Assembly: GCA_963718915.1 (NCBI GenBank)
Contig: CAVRAI010000006.1
Span: forward strand, 60,001 to 92,000
Length of the DNA: 32,000 bases
DNA from: an uncultured Chloroflexia bacterium
Lineage (GTDB): Bacteria > Chloroflexota > Ktedonobacteria > Ktedonobacterales > JADMIN01
Direction of reading: 5' to 3'
The notes under the pieces were generated by a model, which had not been told where the DNA came from, made no database searches, and saw only the letters and a list, made by a program, of their open reading frames with translations. The position numbers were made by a program, and so were the translations under genes. Shown one piece after another: positions 1-7,638 of this stretch. How positions within the stretch are numbered: position 1 is the stretch's first letter; each line of letters begins with the position of its first letter.

Positions 1-23
1 TGGGGATATTCGGCGGCCATCAT
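1..23 (-). CDS. possible 5' end of a PaaB-like gene (partial, continues beyond window start)
   Basis: A minus-strand ATG overlaps the paaA stop (TGATG) and opens MMAAEYP... PaaB proteins start with a short leader followed by WPLWEVF, and paaB follows paaA in paa clusters. Only 7 codons are visible. Confidence 0.25.
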
Positions 24-973
24 CAGGCCACCTCCTCACCCAGCAGCCGCGCCAGCCCCTTGTTGCCACGCTGGAGGGTCGCGACAAATTCCTCGTTCTT
101 GGGGCCGCGCTTCTTCCAGCGCTTCATGACTTCATCCCAGGTGATTTGTCCATCTTCGAGCAGCCAGCGCTTCTCGCGTTCGTCGAAGGTCGCCGGGAAG
201 GCGCAGTCAACCACCCACGTCTGGCTGGCGTCGTCGAAGTGCGCCGGAACGTCGAAGCCAAGCTCCTGGCAGAAGGGAACGGCGGTGCTCATCCACTGCT
301 GGCGTAGCTGGTCGTTGCTCTTGCCCTTGAAGCCGAAATCAAGCTGCTCGGTGTGCTTCTTGAGGTCGTCTGGCAGGCCAAACCACTCGACGGTCAGCAG
401 GAACATCCAGTTGATCGCGTTCTGCAGCGTCTCGTGGTCGGCGGTGTTGGGCGCGAGCTTGCGCATCCACTGCTCGCCGTGGCGCAGGTGGAACGTCTCT
501 TCTTTATCTACTTTGATGAGCGCGCGCTTCCACGGGCCGAAGGTCGTGCTGCTATAGACATCGCTGAGGAGGATGTAGCCTGCGCGGTCGTAGAAGGCAT
601 TGGCGACGATCAGCTCATACCAGCTATCCAGCGGCACGTCGAAGGCATAGGGATATTTCCACTTGACGGGTTCGCGCCGGTAGATCAGCTCCTCGGTGTC
701 CACGCCGAGGTCGCGCAGCAGGCGGTAGGCGATGTGGGCGTGGCCCAGCTCATCCTGGATGATGGCGATGGCCGAGCCGAAGGTGTTGATGTTGGGGGCG
801 CCGCGCGCGGCGTAGAGGTAGGCGGGCGCGCTGACAAGCTCGGTATCGGCTGAGACGGTGAGGATGCGTTTCATGCCTTCGAGATACGCCGGACTCATAT
901 GCTCGACGCCCTCGATTAGTCGCTGTTCGTGGATCCGCTCCAGCACGGCGGAATCGGTCAGTAAGGCGTCCAT
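23..973 (-). CDS. paaA: 1,2-phenylacetyl-CoA epoxidase subunit A (PaaA, ferritin-like di-iron oxygenase)
   Basis: 316-aa ORF collinear with PaaA as I recall it: QDELGHAHIAY, KVDKEETFHLRHGEQW (E. coli KEESFHQRQG), and NDQLRQQWMSTAVPFCQELGFDVP (E. coli NDELRQRFVDNTVPQVEMLGMTVP). Confidence 0.9.
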   Translation of the reverse strand: MDALLTDSAVLERIHEQRLIEGVEHMSPAYLEGMKRILTVSADTELVSAPAYLYAARGAPNINTFGSAIAIIQDELGHAHIAYRLLRDLGVDTEELIYRREPVKWKYPYAFDVPLDSWYELIVANAFYDRAGYILLSDVYSSTTFGPWKRALIKVDKEETFHLRHGEQWMRKLAPNTADHETLQNAINWMFLLTVEWFGLPDDLKKHTEQLDFGFKGKSNDQLRQQWMSTAVPFCQELGFDVPAHFDDASQTWVVDCAFPATFDEREKRWLLEDGQITWDEVMKRWKKRGPKNEEFVATLQRGNKGLARLLGEEVA

Positions 974-1196
974 CGGGCCTCCTTAGTCTGCATTCAGCTT
1001 CAGCGCCAGGGATTCTCTACACCGGACATACGGAAACATACGCACAGCGCACGCGCGTATTCAAGGCCATCGCAAAGGGGTGCATATCTCCATTTGGATA
1101 TAGGGTATCTTACGCGGGCGGGGGTAGTGTGTCAAGGAGCGGAGGAGGCACACGAGCGTTATTTTATGGTAATGGGCACGTGCCCGGCGCGCATGC

Positions 1197-1270
1197 GCGG
1201 GCGGTTAAAACCGCGCCTGAAGGGCCTCGCTGCGCGCCGCCACAAAACCCGCCTGCGCGGGTTTGCAGAG
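1197..1270 (+). repeat. REP-like repeat family A, solo copy (conserved core plus terminal hairpin)
   Basis: Sequence gcgggcggttaaaaccgcgcctgaagggcctcgctgcgc...acaaaacccgcctgcgcgggttt. The first 39 nt are identical to the reverse complement of 28126-28164. Ends in an 8-bp-stem hairpin at 1245-1264. Confidence 0.8.
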
Positions 1271-1339
1271 ATGTGGGCCAAAGGCTGCGACAAAGGGCGT
1301 GTTTCGTGCTGGATGAGCGCGCCGTAGGCTGAAGGCACC

Positions 1340-1396
1340 GGCGAATGGGGCCGGGAAATTCGCCGTAGCGTTTACGCTCCGGCCTGCTCACCCCAC
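1340..1396 (+). repeat. REP-like repeat family B copy
   Basis: ggaaattcgccgtagcgtttacgctccggcctgctcaccccac matches, in inverted orientation, 27159-27200, and in direct orientation 27221-27263. Contains a ccgtagcg/cgctccgg hairpin. Confidence 0.7.
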
Positions 1397-1449
1397 TGCA
1401 AAGTCCGTGTCCGTCGCACATGCTAAAACTACATCAGTCGCCCGCCGCG

Positions 1450-2560
1450 CTATCCCCTCCACCCCAAATCCTTCGCGCGCATCTCCGCTGCATCAGCCTC
1501 GGCGGTACGCCCCAGTTTGCGCAGGCTAGATAGCCTTTGTTATTCCAGACATGCAGCGAGCGTTCGGGTCGAGGGCCAGCGCCTGGTCATAGGCAACCAG
1601 CGCCTCCTCGTAGCACTTGAGACTGACGAGCGCGGTGCCCTTGTTGTTCCAGGCGGCGTCATTGTTCGAGTCAAGTGCAATGGCCTGCTCACAGGCCGTC
1701 AGCGCCTCATTGTAACGCCCCAGGTTGGCGAGCGCGGCACTCCTATTATTCCAGGCGAAACTGTAGCTTGGGTCGAGCGCCAGTGCCCGGTCGCTGGCTG
1801 CCAATGCCTCCTGATAGCGACCCAGATCGTGCGAGAGCGGCGCCCTTCCTGCTCCAGATCCACGCCTGCTTGTCGTCAAGCGCGAGGGCGCGGACGCTGG
1901 CGTCCAGTGCCTCGGTAAATCGGCTCGAGTTGTAAGAGTGCGTCAGCACGATTGGCCCATGCCTCGAACGAGTCAGGGGCAAGCTGGGCGGCGCGCTCGA
2001 AGAGGGCCAGTGCCTCGGCGTACTTCTTCTGCGCATGGAGGGACTTGCCGCGCGTCACTAGCTCGTCTGTGTCCTCTGTCGGCTGCGGGGCGACGGGGAT
2101 GGGCGCCTCGCCCGCTGGGGTCAGGCCGAGCGCGCGCAGCACGTGGCCCGCCGCGTCATGGGCGGCGTACGCCTGGTAGCCGGGCGCCTCGATGCGCTTG
2201 TAGCCATAGAGGAAGAACCAGCCAGAGGCCGGGGTGAAGTCCTCGCGGGCGATGGGCGCCGCCGTCACCGGCAGAATCGTGCGCGTCGGGTCGAACTCGG
2301 CCATCTGGAAGGCCCAGGTCGCCTCACGCTTCACCCACTCCGACGCGAAGGCCGCCTTCGAGAGAATCACCACGAAGACCGGGCGCGCGCCCAGCTCGCT
2401 CTGGATGACCGACATCAACAAACCTGATCCCATATTCTGCTCGTCATACCAGACATCCGCGCCCGCCTCGCGTAGCGCCAGTCACGATGGCGCGGCAGAA
2501 TGCGTCGTCCTCGTGGCTGTGGCTGACGAATACGCGCAGTCGCTGTGCTGCCTCCGCCAT
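1450..2560 (-). pseudogene. decayed TIR-TPR gene, paralog of 28251-29327
   Basis: Homology to the intact paralog is spread over all three minus frames:
- ATG at 2560 gives MAEAAQRLRVFVSHSHEDDAFCRAIV, then shifts (extra base near 2478-2479).
- ORF 1876-2433 carries the rest of the TIR domain and the first TPR.
- Further shifts lie near 1925-1929, 1835-1845, 1548-1557 and 1521-1529.
- The original stop is at 1450-1452. Confidence 0.85.
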
Positions 2561-2747
2561 GTGTCGCCCCTTCTCTCCATGCTCGTGCCATGCTCATGCC
2601 GTGCTCATGTCGTGCTCATGTCGCGGCCCGCCGACAATGCCGCTCGCTCCTCCCATTCTAGCATGTCTGGCACACCGCCTCACAAGCAGTCTCGCACGCG
2701 GAAGGGATAGGCGGCTGGGGAGCCTTGATATGCGCCAACAACTGGCT

Positions 2748-3001
2748 GGCGGCTGAAGCCGCGCCTATGGGCTAGCGTCGCAAAGGCCGCCTACGCGGCC
2801 TCCAAAACAGACTCCCGGTTTCGTGTCTGGATCCTGCGCAGGCAGGCTTCTTGGCCAAACGGCGTGAGGCCATTAGCCGCGCGTTATGCGGTTTTCCCAC
2901 ATAGTAGGGCCATCGCCGGGGCAGGTCTCTGCAACCCGCGACGGCGGGTTTTGTGGCGGAGCGCAGCGAGGCCCTTCAGGCGCGGTTTCAACCGCCCGCG
3001 C
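2748..3001. repeat. composite REP/MITE-like element: two family A cores in inverted orientation with internal hairpins
   Basis: The left end ggcggctgaagccgcgcctatgggct is a diverged copy of the family A core. The right end gaggcccttcaggcgcggtttcaaccgcccgcg is the core in reverse. Internal hairpins lie at 2784-2801, 2833-2846 and 2933-2950. Confidence 0.7.
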
Positions 3002-3163
3002 TCCTCGCCACCAGACCTGTCCCTCGTAATAAGGAAAACAACATTACACGCCAGGCGCGTCTATCCACTGGCGCATGATTGCGTGGGGCGTTATACTCCA
3101 TCTGCGCGGATGTATGGCTTGCGGCGGGCGCAAGGGCGCGCGACACGAAGGGACGGGCACGCA

Positions 3164-3739
3164 ATGGAGACCTCCTCCACATCCCAGAAGTTGCTGGAAG
3201 CCTATGCGCGCGGACAACGAGACTTCTACCACTGGAACCTGGCCGGGGCCGATCTGGCTGAGGCCGATCTGGCCGATATCGATCTGCGCGGCGCCGTGCT
3301 GCACGGGATCAACCTGGCGGGCGCAAACCTCGAAAACGCCGTCTTCGCGGGCGCGGACATGAACGAGGCCGATCTGAGCGAGGCGGATCTCAGCGACGCG
3401 GTGCTGGCTTATGCCAGCCTCAAAGGGGCCAATCTGCGCGCGGCGGATTTGAGCGGAGCCGACCTGGAGGAGGCGAACCTGACCAGCGCCGACCTGACCG
3501 AGGCCACGCTGCAAGACGCTTTCCTCGATGGCGCGGAACTCAAACACGCGCATCTCGATGGAGCCGATCTGACGGGCGCGAGCCTGGAGGATACCGACCT
3601 CACCGGTACAGACCTCAGCAACGCGATCCTCTCGGATGAGAGTCTCAACGGCGCGTTCTGGGCTGGCGAGGAGCCACACGGCCAACATGCGCAGGCAGAG
3701 GCCGACGAGGCGGACGAGAGCGACGAGGCCGACGAGTAG
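3164..3739 (+). CDS. pentapeptide-repeat protein with acidic C-terminal tail
   Basis: Continuous A(D/N)LxxA(D/N)L five-residue repeats (ADLAEADLADIDLRGAVLHGINLAGANLENA...). The tail is AEADEADESDEADE. The upstream part of ORF 2864-3739 reads through REP repeats, so I chose the ATG at 3164 (METSS...). Confidence 0.85.
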   Translation: METSSTSQKLLEAYARGQRDFYHWNLAGADLAEADLADIDLRGAVLHGINLAGANLENAVFAGADMNEADLSEADLSDAVLAYASLKGANLRAADLSGADLEEANLTSADLTEATLQDAFLDGAELKHAHLDGADLTGASLEDTDLTGTDLSNAILSDESLNGAFWAGEEPHGQHAQAEADEADESDEADE

Positions 3740-3798
3740 TGTAGCGGGCGCCTCGTCTGGCTTCCTCAGCTTGTGGAGATAACCGCGCTCCTCTGGCT

Positions 3799-3821
3799 CC
3801 CCTCTCCCACAGGGAGAGGGG
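3799..3821 (+). terminator. perfect 10-bp GC-rich hairpin (cccctctccc-aca-gggagagggg), possible terminator or REP-type element
   Basis: Perfect inverted repeat lying between the pentapeptide gene stop and the next start. Only a TT follows the stem, so it is not a canonical intrinsic terminator. Confidence 0.3.
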
Positions 3822-3865
3822 TTGGGGATGAGGTCCCGGGCTAGTGGTGAGGTCACAGCCATCGG

Positions 3866-4783
3866 ATGAAGGAACCGAACACCATGCGAGTCTCACGCTG
3901 GATGCTCTGGGGTCTGGTGGCGCTCTATGGCGTGCTGACGCTCATCAACAGCCTGCTCGTCCCCCACGCGGTTCCCACATCCGTCCTGGTGCTGATTCCG
4001 GTGGCGTTCGCGCTCATTCACGGGTCCATGCGCTACGGTTGGGGCGGCATCCTAATCTTCGTCATCATCTGTCTGGTGGTCAGTAACGCGCTAGAAAATC
4101 TCAGCATCCTGACCGGGTTTCCGTTCGGCCACTATCACTACACCGACGGCCTGGGGCCAAAGCTCTTTCTCGTGCCGCTGCTCATCGGCCCGGCCTACAT
4201 CAGCACGGGCTATCTCGCCTGGGTGATTGGCAACGTGCTTGTCGGAGACATCCGCCGGAGCGCGGGCAAATACACGCTCCTCGCCACGCCGTTTATCGCC
4301 GCCTTCGCGATGGTCGTCTGGGATGTCTGCCTCGATCCAACGCTCTCCACTATCCTCAAGTTCTGGGTCTGGGAACAGGGCGGCGGCTATTTTGGGGTAC
4401 CGCTCTCGAACTACCTGGGGTGGTTCTTCACGGTCTTCGTCTTCTTCCAGCTCTTTGCCCTATATGTCTATTTCCGCCAGCCTGGTCGCGCGGATGCTGC
4501 GACGCTGCCGAAATGGTATTACGCGCAGGCGATCACAACCTATGCCATCACTGGCTCAACGTTCATCCTGAACGATCTGAGCGCGAAAAACCGGGCGGTG
4601 ACGGATGCGACGGGCGCGGTCTGGCAAACCGTCAACATCTATGAGACAGCGGCAATCATCAGCCTGTTCACGATGATCTTCATCGCGGCGCTGACGGCGG
4701 TAAAGCTGGCGCAACAACAGACGCCGCACGCGGACGGCGCCGCCGACACGAACGAGATGCCGCTCGCCGAACGGGTCGGATGA
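3866..4783 (+). CDS. polytopic membrane protein, carotenoid-biosynthesis-protein-like (DUF422/PF04240-like)
   Basis: Multiple hydrophobic helices. The motif GFPFGHYHYTDGLGPKLFLVPL...NYLGWFF matches the G-PFG-Y-Y...LG...VP signature I associate with the PF04240/CruF-type family. An alternative start is the ATG at 3884. Confidence 0.55.
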   Translation: MKEPNTMRVSRWMLWGLVALYGVLTLINSLLVPHAVPTSVLVLIPVAFALIHGSMRYGWGGILIFVIICLVVSNALENLSILTGFPFGHYHYTDGLGPKLFLVPLLIGPAYISTGYLAWVIGNVLVGDIRRSAGKYTLLATPFIAAFAMVVWDVCLDPTLSTILKFWVWEQGGGYFGVPLSNYLGWFFTVFVFFQLFALYVYFRQPGRADAATLPKWYYAQAITTYAITGSTFILNDLSAKNRAVTDATGAVWQTVNIYETAAIISLFTMIFIAALTAVKLAQQQTPHADGAADTNEMPLAERVG

Positions 4784-4805
4784 TAGTACTGTGCGTAAGG
4801 ATGGT

Positions 4806-5342
4806 CTACGATGGAGGCTGCAGGAGCAGTTCGTAGGCTTCTTCGAGTCGTCCCGCGACGATGCTCAGGCCGTCGAGCGCGGTGACAGCCAGATTGAGGC
4901 GCTCGGCATTGGCGCGTAGCATCCGGGCATACTGAATCATCGGCGGCAGGGAGGTCGCCATGTTGCGCAGGAGATAGAGCGTTTGCTGATGGCGCTCGTT
5001 CATCCACATGGGATCATCCAGGTGCGGCTCTTCGCTGCCCGCGGGATTTTCCGCCGGGTCGAATCCCAGGGGCGCGCGGCCAAAGAAGTCGGCGAGAAAC
5101 TGGAAAAGTTCCCCACGCGCCACCGCCAGCAGACTGATGATCTCGGTCAGCAGTCTCGCCTCGGGGAGCGCGCGCCCCAGCAGCCACCATTCCTGAACAG
5201 CCAGCCCCTGCTCTATCTCCACGATACGATGTAACAGCATCTCGCTCCGGCCAGCTAGCTCGTCCACTCCCTCACCAGGTGCGCCTGGCCCTCGGACCGC
5301 TCGCAACTCTGGCGAGGAGTGGCGGTAGGGCATCGCTTGCAT
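4806..5342 (-). CDS. hypothetical protein (helical, no recognisable domain)
   Basis: 178-aa ORF with coding-like composition and no better competing ORF. I recognise no motif. Confidence 0.5.
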   Translation of the reverse strand: MQAMPYRHSSPELRAVRGPGAPGEGVDELAGRSEMLLHRIVEIEQGLAVQEWWLLGRALPEARLLTEIISLLAVARGELFQFLADFFGRAPLGFDPAENPAGSEEPHLDDPMWMNERHQQTLYLLRNMATSLPPMIQYARMLRANAERLNLAVTALDGLSIVAGRLEEAYELLLQPPS

Positions 5343-5599
5343 CCCGCGACTCCTCTCCCGTGCAACTCCCTAAAATACGGGAAAATTTGTTGCCGTTTGC
5401 TTCACTACCCCATGCGCCACACGGCAACGTGACCTATTATCCAACACACTGTAACGAGTTATCCACATTCCGTCAACTGCTGATGCCAGATTGTCATCAA
5501 ACTCGTATGATAGTTTCCATACAACTTCCATGTCAGGTACAGCATTTTCAGCAGATCAGTTTGCGACGTGTCTTATAGCTATCAAGCAAAAAGCGCCAA

Positions 5600-5827
5600 T
5601 CAGGCAGCATCCTGCCCCTCGCGCTTCACATACTCCGCGGCAAAATGAAGCGCAATGCGAATATGCTCATCGGTAATGCCGTAATCATCGCGCATCTCTT
5701 CGCGAGGGAAGCCTTGCGCAAGCATATCCAGGATGAGGTAGATGGGAATGCCAGATTCGATGACTGGCTGGCCACCATGAATCTCGGGATCTGAGTAGAC
5801 CCCCAGAATGCCCAACGGATGTTGCAT
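5600..5827 (-). CDS. DUF433 domain protein (antitoxin-like small HTH protein)
   Basis: 75 aa. DPEIHGGQPVIESGIPIYLILDMLAQGFPREEMRDDYGITDEHIRIALHFAAEY fits the DUF433 pattern (GGxPxIxGTRIPV...IL...G.S.EEI..DYP.LT.EDI.AAL.YA). Sits in a visibly lower-GC segment. Upstream on the minus strand is TTGATG-17-ATATAT, with GGAG before the ATG. Confidence 0.8.
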   Translation of the reverse strand: MQHPLGILGVYSDPEIHGGQPVIESGIPIYLILDMLAQGFPREEMRDDYGITDEHIRIALHFAAEYVKREGQDAA

Positions 5828-5918
5828 GGATGAATTTCTCCGATGAATATGAAAGTAACGCCCTGATATATTCTATCTCATTCGAGGCCATCAATTTAAT
5901 ATGCCTACTGCTGGCCAC

Positions 5919-6578
5919 CTACTCGGCAGCCAGCCAGGTGGACTTCTCCTCAGCGGACATCTCGGCGCTCAGGCGCACCGCATCCGTGAAGGACATCTCT
6001 TCGGGCGCGGCGCCATCTTTGCGCTCGCCCTGTTTGCTGCGCAAGAACGCGGGCGCCTGTGTCGGGCCAGCCAGCATCGCCTGAAGCTGCGCGGCGGCGG
6101 TATCGAGCAATGCGCTCAACCGCTGGAGCAGCCGCTCTGGCACCGTGCTCGCGCGAATGCGTCCGGCCTCGAGCGCGCTCAGCACATCCACACCCAGCCC
6201 CAGCCCGCGCGCGACCTCACGCAGACTCTTGCGCTGCGCCTGGCGGAGCGCCTTGAGGGTATGCGCCTGGGCAAGCGCGGCGGCGGCAACGGGCGCGGCC
6301 TGCTCAGCGGCGGCGACACCCACGCTCCCGAAGACAGCGGCAAACGCGCGGGCGGAGGCGCGCTCGGCAATGGCGTCCATCGCTGGAGTGATGGGCGCGT
6401 CGTCGTAGCCCCCCGTCGCCAGCAGCGCGGTATAAAATGCCGTCAACTCCTCGGCCAGCGCCGGATGTTGCGTCAGAGCGGTGGCCAGCGCGCCCTGATT
6501 GCCATCTTCGTTGGCGGCGGCCAACTCCATCTTGATCTGCATCAGCGGATCGCGCTGTGCTGCGGTTCGCTTTGTCAT
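5919..6578 (-). CDS. HTH (XRE-like) domain protein with Ala-rich linker
   Basis: 219 aa. The central segment LKALRQAQRKSLREVARGLGLGVDVLSALEAGRIR is a Cro/C1-type HTH. A strong RBS (AAGGAG, 9 nt) precedes the ATG. Lies 41 nt downstream of the sigma-like gene. Confidence 0.65.
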   Translation of the reverse strand: MTKRTAAQRDPLMQIKMELAAANEDGNQGALATALTQHPALAEELTAFYTALLATGGYDDAPITPAMDAIAERASARAFAAVFGSVGVAAAEQAAPVAAAALAQAHTLKALRQAQRKSLREVARGLGLGVDVLSALEAGRIRASTVPERLLQRLSALLDTAAAQLQAMLAGPTQAPAFLRSKQGERKDGAAPEEMSFTDAVRLSAEMSAEEKSTWLAAE

Positions 6579-6619
6579 ATGCTTTTACTCCTTGCCCTGC
6601 CTCATCAGGGGCGACCTGC

Positions 6620-7489
6620 TCATTGCTCTTCCGCGTTTTCAGCCGCAATCCGCTCGCGTAGAAGCGCCTTCGACTTCTCGAAGCGTAGACGCATCGTTCG
6701 TTCTGTTTTGCCGCAGAGTGCGGCGATATCATCCCAGCGCATCTCCTCGAAGACGCGCAAAATCATAATCCGCTGGTCGAGCGGGTCAGTCAGGTAGCGC
6801 AGGATTCGTTGCGCCTCCAGCGAGGCCATCCGCGTCGCCAGTTGATCGCCCGGATCGGCCAGCTCGCGCCCCGCCGTCTCCGCGCCATCACCCTCGCCGA
6901 GCGGCGCATCCAGCCGGTCTACCAGCGCCTGGGGGACGTGCATACCGCGCCCAGCCGGATTGCCCTGGGCATCGCGCCGATAGCTCAGCCCCTCGTTGCG
7001 CAGCACCCGTTGAAAATTATCCGCGCAGAGGCAGCGCAGATAATGAATAAAATTGGCCAGCATGAACTCTTCACGCGGATTCTGTGCCTCACGCAGCAAC
7101 TGCTCGATCATGCCGGCGATGGCCTCTTCCATCAGGTCAGGCCGGTGGCGCAGGCCGTAGCTACGGCGCTGAAACTCAGGCATGCAGCGGGTGACCAGCG
7201 CCTCACACAGCCCCCGAACGCGCTCGCTCTCACCCCGCGCCTTCCAGGCTCGAATCGCACGCACCAGATCGGCATCGCTCACGACGTAGCCACCACTGGA
7301 GGTGCGCTGTTTCAGCCTCTCGGCTGTATGTGGATTACGCGGATCAGGCAGGTTGGCGGGCATCTGCTGCGCCGCCGTCTCCTGAACCATCTGTTCAGCG
7401 GATGTCGCACCCATTACCGGAATCGCCTCCCTCGCGTCTGGCTCTCGCTTCTCATGCGCTCGCCGGGCCGCGTGTTCTCGCTCATCCAT
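6620..7489 (-). CDS. sigma-70 family (ECF-like) RNA polymerase sigma factor with N-terminal extension
   Basis: C-terminal region-4 HTH: LDQRIMILRVFEEMRWDDIAALCGKTERTMRLRFEKSKALLRERI. A region-2-like helix block is DLMEEAIAGMIEQLL...FIHYLRCLCADNFQRVLR. Confidence 0.7.
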   Translation of the reverse strand: MDEREHAARRAHEKREPDAREAIPVMGATSAEQMVQETAAQQMPANLPDPRNPHTAERLKQRTSSGGYVVSDADLVRAIRAWKARGESERVRGLCEALVTRCMPEFQRRSYGLRHRPDLMEEAIAGMIEQLLREAQNPREEFMLANFIHYLRCLCADNFQRVLRNEGLSYRRDAQGNPAGRGMHVPQALVDRLDAPLGEGDGAETAGRELADPGDQLATRMASLEAQRILRYLTDPLDQRIMILRVFEEMRWDDIAALCGKTERTMRLRFEKSKALLRERIAAENAEEQ

Positions 7490-7638
7490 TGTTGCTCACA
7501 TCTCCATATCTCTATCGCTCTCGCTCAGCCATAGCATACTGGCTTTTGTGGTGTGATGAGAATGTAGAAGATGCGCTCCTTTCGACATCTTCTTCCCTCT
7601 CTGGCCAGAACCGGAAATGGCCGATCATCTTTCAGGGA

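Noticed and set aside
1094-1421. Short ORFs inside repeat clusters (1094-1327, 1129-1332, 1164-1421, the 2864-3163 part of ORF 2864-3739, 27884-28351, 27932-28156, 28116-28472).
   Set aside because: They read through REP/MITE-like hairpin repeats and produce the same peptide strings (LKPRLKGL..., RPFRRGFNRP) in several places and both orientations. The conservation is at the DNA and hairpin level, not in any reading frame.
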